Source: Vermamoeba vermiformis (lineage: Eukaryota). From it: a stretch of DNA of 64,000 bases. The position numbers were made by a program, and so were the translations under genes. How positions within the stretch are numbered: position 1 is the stretch's first letter; the number at the start of each line of letters is the position of its first letter. Where the stretch lies: contig JBEWZL010000216.1 in assembly GCA_045837725.1 (NCBI GenBank), forward strand, positions 248,001 to 312,000, written 5' to 3'. This document shows, piece by piece, positions 23,301 to 36,624 of the stretch. Under the pieces are notes generated by a model. It did not search any database and had not been told where the DNA came from. It saw only the letters and a list, made by a program, of their open reading frames with translations.

Positions 23301-24598
23301 TATGACTCAAAAGCTTCATTTTCTGTACAAAAGCGAATTCAATTTGTTCTATCTCTTCTATATTGCCAAATAACGAGCCTATTTCTTCAGCTGATAATAT
23401 TTGTCCTTTCTTCTTATTTTTCAAAACCAAGACGAAATCCTTTAATTTCAAATTTTAGATTAAGGGGTATGTTATAAGATAATAGTAGTCCTACTGCTAT
23501 AATATGCTGCATGGCCTTTAAATATTTGACTTCTTCGTTCATTAGAGCTCTGAAAATTTCAGTACGCTGACTTAATTTTTCTTGATTTTCTTTCATATCT
23601 ATTGAAAAATCGTTAGATAGACTTATATTAAGCTTATTTAACGCTATATTAGCATGAATAAGATCAAATAAAATGACTTACGGAGATTTCGAATTCGTTT
23701 TCGTTCGAGAAACGCTCTAATAACACTTTGACACTTAATTATCTTCACGAAGCGATCATTCGTCGTCAAAAACTTGTCGCAATACGCAGAAATATTTTTC
23801 TAATAAAAAAACGTTGATTAATCGGTTGTTACGCGATCCGACAAAGAAAATCTTGATGTCATAACGCTTGATCATTATAGAAATATGGTACTGATATTAC
23901 AATGTGCTAAAATGAAGTATTTTTGTGCGAGTAAAGCGCGTATTAAAATTTTAAAGCCAACAGTCGAAACGATTTTAGACAATTAGGAATTGCGTTCTTT
24001 GCTAACATTTTGTTGAAATAAAGCTAAATATTGTTACGAATACTTACGATTGTATTTACAGAGTGCGTAAGGTTTAAATTAAACGGTGTCTTTCGTTTGA
24101 GCCAGTCGATCATTTCTTGCCTTTGTTGGGGATCGAGTTGCAGGCCAGTTAATGCAATTTGTATGACATTAAACATGTCCTATAATTATAATTAATATTA
24201 AAATTATATTTGCAAATGGGATAGATAATTTTGCTCGTGTCAAGGTCGAGATGTCAAAAATATCGACCGAATGCTGAATTTATTGATGGCAATATAATTT
24301 TGATATAGTATATGATACTTCATATTTAACATAATATTGATAATAATTATACTGCAGATCTAGTTAAAATAATTGGTACCTGAGCCAACGCGCTATTGTT
24401 GCTAGTTGTAGAGCTCATTGCACGTGCCCGAGCATAATATAATTTATTAGCTTCATCTGTGTTGTTTGCAGATAAAGTGGATGCATTGGGAGCGAGATTT
24501 GCTGGATTGGGAACTGACTCGGATTTGCGTTGCTGAGGAACCTGCGGTAACGGCTTCTTCCTCGAAACCGAGTCATTGGATGATCTTTTATCCTCCAT
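20318..24598 (-). CDS. RhoGEF (DH) + PH + degenerate split RhoGAP protein (multi-exon)
   Basis: DH: RTEIFRALMNEEVKYLKAM, LFGNIEEI, LSLRQLLGTPLNHLPKY, MLKDTPDEDSDY. PH: RVLIREG, CFLMNDTYLLC, KESWYRTI. RhoGAP: GIPIILRKV, DLAGLLVTFFQDLEKPIFP, VTFAPLLL, LIENTDLIF. Confidence 0.8.
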
Positions 24599-24925
24599 AA
24601 GGCCTATCTATTACAGGATCATGGTGCTCTGGCCTTTAATTCATTGAAAAAATGAGCCAAAAAATGACCGTTATTTATCAGCCTCAATTTTATTGAATGA
24701 TTGCAGATCTACCATACCTCGATATTTATTGCTGTAGAATATCATGACAATGTTGTATTATGCCGAGATTATCGGGAGACTACGGGATCTTGAACGGCTG
24801 AATGGTTTAGCCGCGGGATGCAGTTTCTTGATTAAATATCGCGTAACAAATATTGTCGTGGTATCGCAGAAATATAGGGTTTATATACAAATTATTTACA
24901 AAATTTCTGGCTTCGTTTTGTTATT

Positions 24926-25924
24926 TTACCAGATTAAGCTCTCATCGTTATGATGACCGTGGAACAAGCTTCTCAGCCTCGAGAATGGATGTCGGAACAC
25001 ATCTCTTCGTCTGTAAGCTACTGGCACTGGTTCTGGCATCGTAGGACTTCGTTCAACGTACTCTTCAGGCAAAATCTGCTCATCGAGCGGCTGGAAGTTG
25101 TTATCGGTGTATTGACGCACCCATGCTTCCTCTCGAGGCGCAGGACCATCGTCACTATCAATCATCTGCAAAGAGCTGTAATGGAACTCGTGGATGTGTG
25201 AAAGCAAGATTGGCTTTTCGCTTCTGATCATCTCTCGAAGACTTTCAGGACTCGCCACGTCTATATCGCTGATGCCATTCTCCGTAGGCTCGATGATAGT
25301 AACGCCAAACGGGTTCGAAGCAGCATTAGTGTCCACTGTTGAGATGACGACAATTTTCAGATCGAGCATGTTGGATGCAGCAAACAGCGTCAAGTTGTCG
25401 CCCCAAACTCCGTTGTGTGCCATATCATCGCAATAGAGATCCCAGTTTTCATATCTATCAGTCTCCAAGAAGTCACGTAAGCGAGAACCATTCTTCAATC
25501 TGAAATCTGGATTCTTTCGTAACCATTCCACGATGAGTTCTCGCAGTTGAGGATGTCGGGAAGGGTCGTCAAATAATTGGTCGCAAATTGAGGCGAATTG
25601 GCAATTGCCGTCGCCTTCGATCGGAGTTTTTTCTTTTAAACCCAGTAACTCCATCCGTTCTCTAAGGATTTGCTGTTGCTTGTTATACCACATAACATCG
25701 TCTTCAGTGGATGCCGCGCCTCCGCCAAACATATTGCGCTCCCGATGATGATGGTGGCGGCGATGGAAGAAGTTGAAAAACCTTCTGTGATGCGAATCTG
25801 CTGTTGACTCACTTGAGTTATCGTAGGCAAGCTTTTTATCAGGCTCGTTGTTCCTATTGCTCGAGTGTTGTTGATTGGTATTGTTTTGCTGTGTTTCTGA
25901 CACGTCTTTAATAGGTATCCGCAT
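24926..25924 (-). CDS. OTU-family deubiquitinase (intronless)
   Basis: IEGDGNCQFASICDQL (catalytic Cys), WGDNLTLFAA, and HIHEFHYSSL (catalytic His). Confidence 0.92.
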   Translation of the reverse strand: MRIPIKDVSETQQNNTNQQHSSNRNNEPDKKLAYDNSSESTADSHHRRFFNFFHRRHHHHRERNMFGGGAASTEDDVMWYNKQQQILRERMELLGLKEKTPIEGDGNCQFASICDQLFDDPSRHPQLRELIVEWLRKNPDFRLKNGSRLRDFLETDRYENWDLYCDDMAHNGVWGDNLTLFAASNMLDLKIVVISTVDTNAASNPFGVTIIEPTENGISDIDVASPESLREMIRSEKPILLSHIHEFHYSSLQMIDSDDGPAPREEAWVRQYTDNNFQPLDEQILPEEYVERSPTMPEPVPVAYRRRDVFRHPFSRLRSLFHGHHNDESLIW

Positions 25925-26385
25925 GTTGAAAACTTTCTGACTAAAGATGAATTAACTGACGCGTGGTTCTTACGTTTCTACTATTCAAGTAATTGATTTT
26001 TTTGCCAGCGTGGCAGTACTGGTCATGAACAATCTGCTCTTCGGGAAGCTCAGCGAACAATCACTGAGATTTGGAGTAAATCCGGATCCGTTTCTCCGAA
26101 CGGGCCGCTGTCGCCGAGCCGAATCAACCATCGAACTTCTAGACACTCTCATTGCCTATAAGATTTGTTTAGTATTCAAATACTTATTAAAGTCATGCGA
26201 GCAGATCGCGCCAAAATTACGTAGCGAGGTCGTTCGTTGAAATTTCCGTGTGTTAATTTTATACAGGTGTTTTGTTTCGTTGATAGGTTCAATTTTACTA
26301 TTTGCAGTGACTAGAGACAGCATTCAATGATAGCAAGCTATTAATTTTGCGACGTATACAACAGATTCGGTTTTAAGTATTAAAA

Positions 26386-29187
26386 ATGGCTGATAAAAAG
26401 AAAAATTTTGATAGAAGGTAGAGTATTTGCGCCTTGCCGTGATAATTAATAATATTATAAACGAAAAATAACGATATTTTACGCTTGATCTAGAATTCTA
26501 ACGGCTAATTTAATGGCATATTGAATTTTTTAATTTTATTAATTACTGAAATTTTATCTTTAGAGCGAGCTATGTACTTGGAAGTGCTCTAAAATCATGG
26601 CGAGACGGTGCTTTATTCGAACATTTAATAGTTGTCGGTTTACCGGCGGATTATGTCGTGGATCCCCACACCATTCACATTCCAAAAGAGCAACAAATAT
26701 TATACAAGTTCCCCGAAAACACGCCGTAAGTAAATCCAGCGATAAATAATAATAATACCTTGAGACCACGTCACCGAAACTTTTTGCAAATCTGCAGAAG
26801 AATCATAATCAATTTCCAAATAATTGAATAACGAAAAATTGAAGCTGTATCATCAAATTAATACTATCTGTTTAAATTAATGTTAACTAATGAATTAATT
26901 AATTAGGGTGAGAAACGAGATCTTGAAAAATTTCTGCTTCCCTGGTGGCGTTGAAATTAAGGCAGTTAAAACCGAAACAGAATTAAATTCAGTTATTTTT
27001 GGATCTTTATCGCAATTAGAAACAGCTGAAAACTCATTTGTCTACGTTATTACGGACGATCATTTGTATTATGGAACTTGCGTCATTACGCATGAATTAC
27101 TTCGAGTACGTATTATATGTGCTATATTATTATACAATAATGATAATATTATGTTGTTTTTGCGAACAAATTTGATAGAAATTTTAAAAACATTATTTTT
27201 TGTTTGATCCGGATCTGCTGCGTTTGAAATGGCCTAATATTTTATTATAGGAGCCCGGATGTATATTAGAGAGTAATATGACCAATGCACCTTCATCCCT
27301 CGACCCTTATATTACAAAACGCTGCTATTGTTTCATCAGCAGATTTCCGTTCTTCAATTTGCACTTTGAAGTCTTGTATAGTATATTAGGTACGCCTTAA
27401 TTAATATAATAGTACATCATAATAAGTATCATATAGTACATTGATACCCTTATAATCGTAATAGTACCGTTGCTAATGGCGTTTTTGAAATTTAGCCAAA
27501 GATCGGTTGTATCGCTTGACGAAGCTTCAAAATCGAAATTTCAACAAAGAAGACGCAGAAGCAGCGGCATATGAAATCAAAACATTGCTGGCATTCTATC
27601 ACAATCAAACTGTGCCGAAAGCTGGCTCGACAATGGGATTCCAACTGCCTGGAGAATTACGATCGTTAGAATTCAAAGTACCGGTATGTATAGTAAAAGA
27701 TTAATATTACAATCACATATACAATATCCTATCAAAATATTTACTTCTGTATTGAGTTTTTGGATCGCGCATCCGGATGCGATCTTGCAAAATTTGCGGT
27801 ATTGTTAGAAGTGTATTGGTACTAACAGTATTGATAAAATAGGCATGTGACGACGACACGAGCATGAGTGATTGGTCTATTCCGTGCTTGTTCAGATTAC
27901 TGCCGCTGGAAATGATCGTGGATCTATTCACAGCAGTGCTTTTGGAATACAAAATTGTGTTGATATGTGACAATATGGGCGTATTGAGTGCGATAGGATT
28001 GTCACTCTTGTCGATCTTAAGACCATTTGTGTGGCAAGGTAATGATCAGACCTCGTGGTTTATTGCTCCAGATCTAACTTTTGATGGATCTCGTAGGTGT
28101 GTTTATTCCAATCTTGCCCGAGGTTATGTGGGACGTAATTGATGCACCCGTGCCATACATTGTAGGTGTCAACAAGGAGCCTACGCATATGTCATTTGAA
28201 GGCCTAGAAATTGTCGTGGCGGATCTGAACAAATGCACGATTACCCCGCCTGGCGTCATCACCGATGAAATCCCAAATAGGAAACAACTGTAAGTATTCA
28301 CTGGACATTACTATATTTGGCAAGGAATAACCTTTTCAATGTAGTATGAACGATTTGCGTGCCTATCACGATCAATTGTACGTGCAATCGAGTTTGAACG
28401 TGAACAACAATTATTCGATTTTGAACCCGTGCCGCACGACCGAGCTACAGTTGCAATTGACACAGAAGATCTTGCAAGTGTTCCAAGACTACCACAAGAA
28501 AGTGTTGGATCAGTTCACGGAGGTGATTGTTAAGAACAAATTGACATTGGAGCCCGAAGCCTATGACGAGGACGTTAGTTCTATTACATCCGCCTTGCCT
28601 CGCTCATCGCGCAGGTTCGCTAACAGGTACGAAATGAAATTTCACGAGTGCTTGCAGATCCGTGCTAACTCGATACTTTTAGACTCTTGAACACCCAACA
28701 GTTCACGTTCTTTTCGAGTAAGTTGATGACAACAATTACGGCTCGCCGAGAAGAGAGCAAAGAGATGATGAAGACTATTAAGAACTTGATTATGATGGAG
28801 GAAAATGACAGTGAAAACTTGCATCATCGCATGAAAGTCGCGGAGAGCACCGACAATAAGACCGAAGCCGAGAAGTGGCGCAAAGAAATTCAAGAATCTG
28901 TGAAGAGACTGGCCCAACTAAAAGAGACTATGAAGAAGTTGACTGAGGAGAACCCAGACTTAGCTAAAGAGATTAATATTGAGCAACAGCAGCGCGAGCA
29001 AATGTTACGAAAATCAACGCCGAACCCTGCATTAGACGTGAGTGGATCTCCGCCCGTAGAACCGACGTCCTTGTCAAAGTCTCAGACTATCCCTGGCACG
29101 CCGAGTAGTCCTGCCTTGAAGCCTAAGAAGGGTCACGCTAGAAAACCATCGTTAAAAGAGCGATTGGAAATGATCTTCGGAAAATAA
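26386..29187 (+). CDS. DENN-domain Rab GEF (multi-exon) with coiled-coil tail
   Basis: uDENN: LFEHLIVVG, ILYKFP, FCFPGG, YYGTCV. cDENN: RCYCFISRFPFF, LFTAVLLEYKIVLIC, LRPFVWQG|VFIPILP, IDAPVPYIVGV. dDENN: LNTQQF. Confidence 0.9.
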
Positions 29188-29406
29188 CCAGATCTGCATC
29201 CAAAAACACAACAAAGTAGTTTATATAGCCCTCTTATTTATTTGTAATTGTCTACGTCAAACCATTGTACAAAGTAAGTTAATTAAACCATTTTTAGTTT
29301 CAGCATCGTGGCGTGATCTGATCCGCTTGTTTCCTGCAGATAATTTTCCAGCATGTATTCTACGCTATTTTCTTATAAAATTCGAAGAATTTATTATCGA
29401 TCCGGG

Positions 29407-30911
29407 CTAGAACGTAGTAGATGCCTCTTGGTACACGACTCTAAACGGAAACTGTTTTACCGAATGCAGGAGTGACTTACTAACAGTAGAGACATTCAAT
29501 TCGATCAGTTGTGTTAATAGCGTTATTTTCTTAGCTGAGGCAGGTGTCAGGAAAGAGATCTGCAAATATGTCAAACGTGTCAACGGCTGTAAAAATCGTA
29601 CAAATTCGGGTTTGAAACTGTCAGGCAGTGAAGTAGGGTCGTCGATGATTAATGACTGTAAATTAGTCAATTTTTGGACATTTTGAAAAAAAGTTCGGTG
29701 ATCTAATTTGAAACTGAAAACTTGCAACTGTTGAAGGGTTGTTAATGTGCATAATGATGTAATTTCATCTTTGGTCAATGAGAATATGTTTGATCTCGGT
29801 CTATCTAGTCTTAATTCTCGTAAATTTGTCAGATCTGCTGTGGCAATATGACCGATCAACGTTCGTACTGAAAAACGGATTTTCTGCAGTTGTTTTAAGT
29901 CCGTAAACTGAAAGGTTGTTGGTTGAAAAGTGGATGTGTTACCAGATTCGAGTACTAAATATCTTAAATTGGTTAATAAACTGCTCTTTGGAAACGATTT
30001 TCCTGCTGGATCCGGTGTAATCTTCAATCTGGTCAATTGAGTCGATATTGCATCGATATTGGTTGCATCTGAGGCACGAATATCTAGAGATACTAGTTTT
30101 GTCATCTTGCCTAATATTTCAGGACCTATCACGTTCATTTTTGATCGAAGATCCAGCAGATTCGTCAAACAAGTAAAGTGATCCAAATCGTCCGTATGAA
30201 ATAGCGAATGGCTTATATCGAGGCTAGTGAGGTTTGATAGCATTCTTACATTGCATCTGGTGTTATAATAAGGGAAATTTGCCCCTGTCATGGCGAATTT
30301 TCTGAGCTGACTAAGTGCAGACCAATCGTGCGCTGAATTAAATGAGTAACGCTGTATATTTAGCAAAATAATATGATACATACTTATAGATGCATCAAAG
30401 AGCAATCTAAGCTCCGTCAAGTGCTTGTGGTGAGAAAAAAATGTTGCTACATCCGTTCGATCGATTCTATGATTCCATTTAATGCACTCTAATTGTGTAA
30501 GGGTGGTACAAACGTTGACTAATTCATGGTTTGTGTCATGTAATGAGTGTTTGATTACTAAGGACTGCAATGTAGTCAAGTTGGTTAACGGATGCACTTC
30601 AGAAACGATCCGGATGTTGTCTGCTAGCTTGCTAGGAGATTCCAGCGTAATGCGTTTTATACTTGTAAGGTTGCGCGATAATAGGAAATTTAAATGCTCG
30701 TTATTTACTTCCACAGATGCTTTTTTAACAGCTGGCCAAGTGATTTTTTGAAAGTGTTTGGATGTGCTCGCCAAACTGCGCGAAACAAATATTATTAATG
30801 CTGTAAATAATATAATAATTATTAAATAATAATTATTAAGTACCTAGTAATGTCATAAATTGAGAGATACTCAATGATCTCGCCAAACGCATCCAGAGCT
30901 AACGATTGCAT
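29407..30911 (-). CDS. F-box + LRR protein (tandem paralog A)
   Basis: Exon 1 MQSLALDAFGEIIEYLSIYDITR spliced to LASTSKHF. Many LTxLxxL repeats. Confidence 0.85.
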
Positions 30912-31138
30912 TGCCACCCTTGATCAATTAATATAATATGTAAGGTAACTGTTGTGGTACTATTATAAAATAAATAAATATGTGACTTCGGCCTGCGTTT
31001 CATTCTATTATTTTAGTCCCTTTTTTTTTAACTTTGCTAAATCGAAAGAAAAATATTAGAAATACCTTATTATCAAATAACTGATTATAAAAAATCTTTC
31101 TCCGACATTAATGGCATGACCGTTTATTGGAAGAACCA

Positions 31139-32633
31139 CTAGCATTTTGCGTTTGTATACACATCCGTTGCATCAGCATAAACGACACGAAACGGAAATG
31201 ATTTGATAGCCTCAGTTAACGAGCCGCTAATTAATTTGACTTCAAGTTCAATCAATTGCGTTAATTTTGTGATTTCTTTTCCTGTCGCCGCTGTCAAGGC
31301 CGGGATCTGCAAATATGTCAAAAGTGTCAATGGTTGCAAACATGTTATGTCCTCGGGACCGAGTGGTGCTTCATAATTATAGTCTAGTATTGTCAATGAG
31401 CGTAAATTTGATAATTTTTTGACGTTTTGATAAAAAATTTTGGTGTCCAAGTTGTACGCTGAAACAACTAGCTTTTCAAGGCTTGTTATATTACACATCG
31501 CTATAATATCCTCCTCACTAATAATATGTTGTAAGCTTCTAGGTCTTCGTACATCTAGTTCGCGTAAATTTGTCAGATTCGCTGCGGAGATCGCGCGCAG
31601 AAGAATTGGTGCTTTAATTTGAACTTTTTGCAGTTGTTTCAAGTCAGTAAAATAAAAATTAGCTGGCTGTGGGTTATCAGTATCTTCTTCAATGAATAAA
31701 TGCTTCAGATTTGTTAATAGACTGCTTTTTGGAAATCTAGTGCCACCAACATCCACTTCGAAAATAAGTTTTGTTAGCTGAGTTGAAATAGCTCCAATAT
31801 TGGGGTCTTGGACTTCTGATACACCGAGTGATGATATATTTGGTAGTTTTCTTAATATTTCCGGCTTCGGACAGTTGAGTGCTGAGCGCAGATCTTGCAG
31901 ATTCGTCAAACAAGTAATTTGGTCTTCGTCTTCGGGAAGCAACGATGCATAGCTTATATTGAGACTAGTAAGACTGGTGAGCATTCTTATATCGCATCTA
32001 GTGTGATGATACAAAAAATTGCCGCTTAAATCCAACTTTCGTAACCGCGCTAGACCGTACCAATTATTAGCTATTGAAAAAGCGTTATTATGAACGCAAA
32101 TCATAGACATATATACACATATAACATACTGATAGATGAATCCACTCCCCACGTAAATGTCGTTAAGTTTGTATGACGAGAAAATACTGCTACATCCGTT
32201 CCTTCAATTATGCCTTGGCACACGATGCTCTCCAGTTGAGTGAGATATGTACAAATACGAAATAATTCAACGGTTGTTATTGTTTTGCCAATGCCTAGGA
32301 CCACAGACTTCAATGTCGTTAGATTCGTCAGCGGATGTACTTCCGAAACGATGTTAAGATCATCAAAGATGTTGGGAGGGTATTCCAGCGTGATATGATT
32401 GATGCTGGTAAGGGTGCGAGACAAAATATAGTTCAGAGGTCCCTTGTTGAACTCCATTGTTATTCTTTTAACGGCAGGCCAAGAAACGGCTCGACAATGT
32501 TTGGATGCGTTCGCCAAACTGGGTCATAAAAATTATTAAATAATATATTAAATACTAATATTTACCTTGTGACATCATTGACTGATAGATACTCTACAAT
32601 CTCGCCAAACACATCCGGATTCAAGCTTTCCAT
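31139..32633 (-). CDS. F-box + LRR protein (tandem paralog B)
   Basis: Exon 1 MESLNPDVFGEIVEYLSVNDVT spliced to LANASKHC. Colinear with paralog A (VSEVHPLTNLTTL and FPKSSLLTNL are shared). Confidence 0.85.
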
Positions 32634-32877
32634 TGATTCTGAAATGTAATATTTGGTCTACTAGTGATTTAAACGTCGGGATGTCAAAAAAAAAGTTGAA
32701 ATAAATTATTTGGACTGTTTATGGTTGTGGTTGTGGTTTTCCGTTGTCTCGTCGAGAAAAAAAACTGTTTAGTCTAAAATGCACGTGTCAAAGTGCCACT
32801 TAGCGGATCGCTAAAAATCTGTCAAAATCATATCAATTGTAATCAGATATAAAGCATTATAATACTTATTGTGGTAA

Positions 32878-34427
32878 CTAAAGCTTCGCGCGCTGTTTAT
32901 TCGATTTTTCAATCAGCGCATCCAGCTGATTTTTCCACCCAAGATATTCCGCCAGCTGCTTCACACCCTCATCACAGTCTCCTATATACATAACATCGCG
33001 CGATGCAAGGTGTTTGGCCTCGTCTTCAGTCAGGCCTAAGTGCTTGTCGAACGGATCTCCTGACATTGAATCGAGGTTCAGATCCGTTTTGTTGATGAAT
33101 AATCTCGGCACGGAGATATCAACTTTGTCTATTAATGAAGCCATGGGTTGTACTTTAAGGGAGGTACCAATAACAATTAATAGATCACATTTAGGAAAGT
33201 CCTGCGGAGTTCAAGAATGGTTAAAAGTGCGCGTGTCACGCGGATCCAGATCCGGCCTTACTTGATCAATCAATTTGTGAAATCTCATCGGCAATAGTTC
33301 ACCAAAGAATACTATATCTGGCTTAATTATTCCGCCGCAAATACATTGCGGTACTTCATCTTTGAGGATTTTTTCTATTGACATGTGTCACCGGTTCTCC
33401 GTAAGAATAAATTTGATAAAATTAATAGACGTACCTTTAATATATTCGTATTTGAATTTAACTTTGCATTTTAAGCACGTGGCTGAATTCACTGAACCAT
33501 GAGCCTCGACTAGTTTATCATCGGTCATGCCTAATAATCGTTATTATCATCGATTTTTATATATAAAGCTATCGTACCTGCTATTCGTTCTAAATTATCG
33601 ATATTTTGCGTGTAATTTCTTAGTAATTTTTTTTTGTCTTCGAGCAGCTTGAGAAAATGATGGGTAACTGTTGGCTAAAAATAATCCTTATGAGTACAAC
33701 TCCTTATAATCCTTAGTATAGTATAAGCAATAAGCATCGATACATATTATATATATTTTGAATTTACCTTAACATCGGCTGGTATTAAATTTTTGGCCAA
33801 TGAGAAAAATGGTTTTGGATCTCGCGTGAAGTAGCTGCAAAACCGGTTAGAATAGCGTTATAAGATATACTATAAGACTTACTTTATATCAAACATTGCT
33901 TCGGGATATGGCAAGTTATATTTAGCTAAATTACAATATAGTCCGCTCTTTTCGGATCTGATCCGTCAAATCATTAGTCGACAGTAACATCGGAAATATA
34001 AATAATACTAATACTAGTAATGTATTATATATTGCACGTACCTAAAGTCAGGAATGCCAGCATTGACACTTATTCCGGCTCCGCTGATGACAATAATATT
34101 TTTACCTAATTAATAGTCATCGATCAGTCCAATTACAATTTAAAATTAAAATACACGTATAAATATAATAATAAGAGTGCTATAATTAGATATTTAATGG
34201 CTGGCGTTTCATTAAACATTTAAAAAATATTCTGTAATCGTCTCTGCTCAAACTTTCAATGTGAAAAGTATAGGAAACGAAATAATATGCATATTTAAAT
34301 ACGTAATATAATTTAAAATTAATTCTGCTGATTTTAATAACTTACAATTCGGATTTGCAATCACATCTGCGATTCCTTTCAACGATTTGTTTTGCAATGC
34401 GAGTCTATTTGCTTTGCCGCCAAACAT
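32878..34427 (-). CDS. class I sirtuin (SIRT2/Hst2-like NAD-dependent deacetylase), multi-exon
   Basis: [74 protein letters not shown]. Confidence 0.93.
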
Positions 34428-34513
34428 TTGTGATAATGAGCGCTTAATTACGACTGAACCTATTGTTGTAAATGTCAGAAGTGGAGCTCGTAATCCGGAT
34501 CTCGTATTGAAAT

Positions 34514-35520
34514 TCAACCTGTGATGACAACAGCAGTACCACCAAGTACCCAATGTATGTTACTTGATGCTGTATAGAAAAAACTCCACATCTGAATCGT
34601 GGATGTCGTTTTAACGAGACATGTGTAAATAAACATTTTTCTATTTTACAATAATTATGTACAACTGTTCTACAAGGTAAACATATCAATATTATCATCT
34701 CTTACATAGCCCGTATATCCTCGATAGCCTGGACTGCTCATCAAGCGCAGAAGATTTTCGACGACTAAAAATAGAAAGCGGATTTAGGCTTCTTTGAGCT
34801 TTAAAAATTAGCTTAGAGTTGTATTATACATACCTTCTTTATATACACTAATCGAAAAGAATTCTTTCGCGAAATAAGCCAACAGACTTTCCGGATCGAG
34901 TAACTCTTCGTGAAAATGCATTTCTGACGCTGGTAAATCCAATTTTAGCCCGAAATAATTACAATAATAATAATTAAGAATAAATTAATTATATTTACCA
35001 CCAGAATTCCTGTCGCGGGACTCGAAAGCTCGTTCATATAATATCAAAGAGTATTCTTCCGCTTCTATCTGTTGAAATACGATAAATTTAGTCTTAATTG
35101 GTACAACATATTAATTTCATAACGTTATTATCATTAATTAGGTATAATTACCAATATAACGATAGAATATTAATTGCGAATTTAACGGTCATATTTTCGG
35201 CATCCGCTCACTCGAAGCGCGGGAAATTTACGAGTATTTAATTCGTTATAAGTAAATATGGATATATTAAGGCGTACCGTATTAATCCATCTCTTGATTT
35301 CAGAACCGAGTTCGGAAATTGAATCTGAAAATAACTGCCTTCGAACAGGTTCCTCGGTTATGCACCCATTATTATATGAATTTTCCTGATTATAGCTGAT
35401 ACTAGTTTGCGATAAATTCCTTCTCAGCCGTTTCGTCGGAGATCCTTCGGTACTTTCTGTAATTTTACGCTTTTTGCTTGGAGACGAAGTCAACGATCTT
35501 TGCTGGCTTTCGACCTCCAT
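34514..35520 (-). CDS. hypothetical protein with NLS-like motifs (multi-exon; 3' end uncertain)
   Basis: Exon 1 contains SPSKKRK and SPTKRLRR. Four further short exons join in frame, ending ...GYMWSFFYTASSNIHWVLGGTAVVITG*. Confidence 0.5.
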
Positions 35521-35735
35521 ATTAAAGTGCATATATATGTGGTCTTATATTTAAAAATACTGATTTGTGCCACTAGAACACAAAACTGATAAACGACCCG
35601 AAATTATTCATTACAAAACAATTGAATAGCAGTATACTATCTTATTGCGTATAGTACAGCATATTAATATATTCCTTGGACGAAGGATTAAGTTTCCATA
35701 CTCTTTTTATTCATTATTATCAAAATATCAACAAG

Positions 35736-36453
35736 ATGAGCACAACAACATCAACTGTAGCAAGTTTCATCGTCCTGCCCGTGACCGCGGGTTTAGGACT
35801 CGGCATTATGCTTATTGGCTATCTTACGCGCTTCAACGGAGTGTTTCAAGAGATGCTAAGGCTAGATGCGAGAAGGATCGAGAAGCAGCGCGAGATTACA
35901 GGCCTTCATAAGCGTAAATATGACGCGGAACGGGGTAAATAATAATATTGAAATTATTGATAATGTTGTTAATTAGTTTTATGGTAGAGGATGCCAATAC
36001 GGATGGATTAGATGCACAAATCCGGATTGCTGAAGCCCGAATGAAGATTTTGAACGATCAATTTTGCATTGTTATTAGCCGATACCATAAGATGAAGTTT
36101 ACAGTCACTTTTATTTGTATTGCATTGGCTCTACTGTTTTTAGGTAATATATAAGATTCATTGTATTTTTAAATGCCGTCAAACTAACGTCTAAATTATA
36201 GGCTCGTTGTGGGTATCATTAGCGAGCTATTGGGACGGTTTTTGGTACTTTGCTGTCGTTTGTTTCTTCCTCTCTTTGGGCACGATCTTCACTGGAGTCT
36301 TTTTTGCAATACTAGAGGTCTCTCAAGCCTTTTTAGTGAATGAATCTGAATGGAATGTAAGTATTTTAGCTATCCCGCGCCATGATTCGTGCTAATTCCT
36401 CGTAGTTCGTGCAGGGCATGTTTCCGGATGTGGCAAAGTCTAAAACGAATTAA
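35736..36453 (+). CDS. DUF2721-like small membrane protein, paralog 1
   Basis: TM1 VLPVTAGLGLGIMLIGYLTRF, charged helical linker, then two TMs ending FFAILEVSQAF. This is the DUF2721 layout, judged by eye. Confidence 0.6.
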
Positions 36454-36624
36454 ACGGGATTATATTCCGTCGATGTATTATAAATATAAACTATATATTA
36501 ATAACAATCCATTCGGTGTTATCGCCATTTCGATTAGTTTAAGGTTAAGACTAAAATGGAAAAGTAGGTATTGCCAACATGCTACTTTAGGCTTAACTAT
36601 TTTATTTACATAATATTTAATTGA

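Noticed and set aside
32784-32801. 18-nt motif CGTGTCAAAGTG(C/T)CACTT shared with 53838-53855, and the palindrome TTTGACACGTGTCAAA (7941, 53856)
   Set aside because: Too few occurrences, in mixed coding, intronic and intergenic contexts, to support a regulatory call without statistics.
34248-35532. Fusion of the upstream NLS-containing gene to the sirtuin, or a mitochondrial presequence on the sirtuin
   Set aside because: The simplest splice path ends the upstream gene at TGA 34514-34516, and the sirtuin has its own ATG at 34427. A fusion is not excluded but is unsupported without cDNA.
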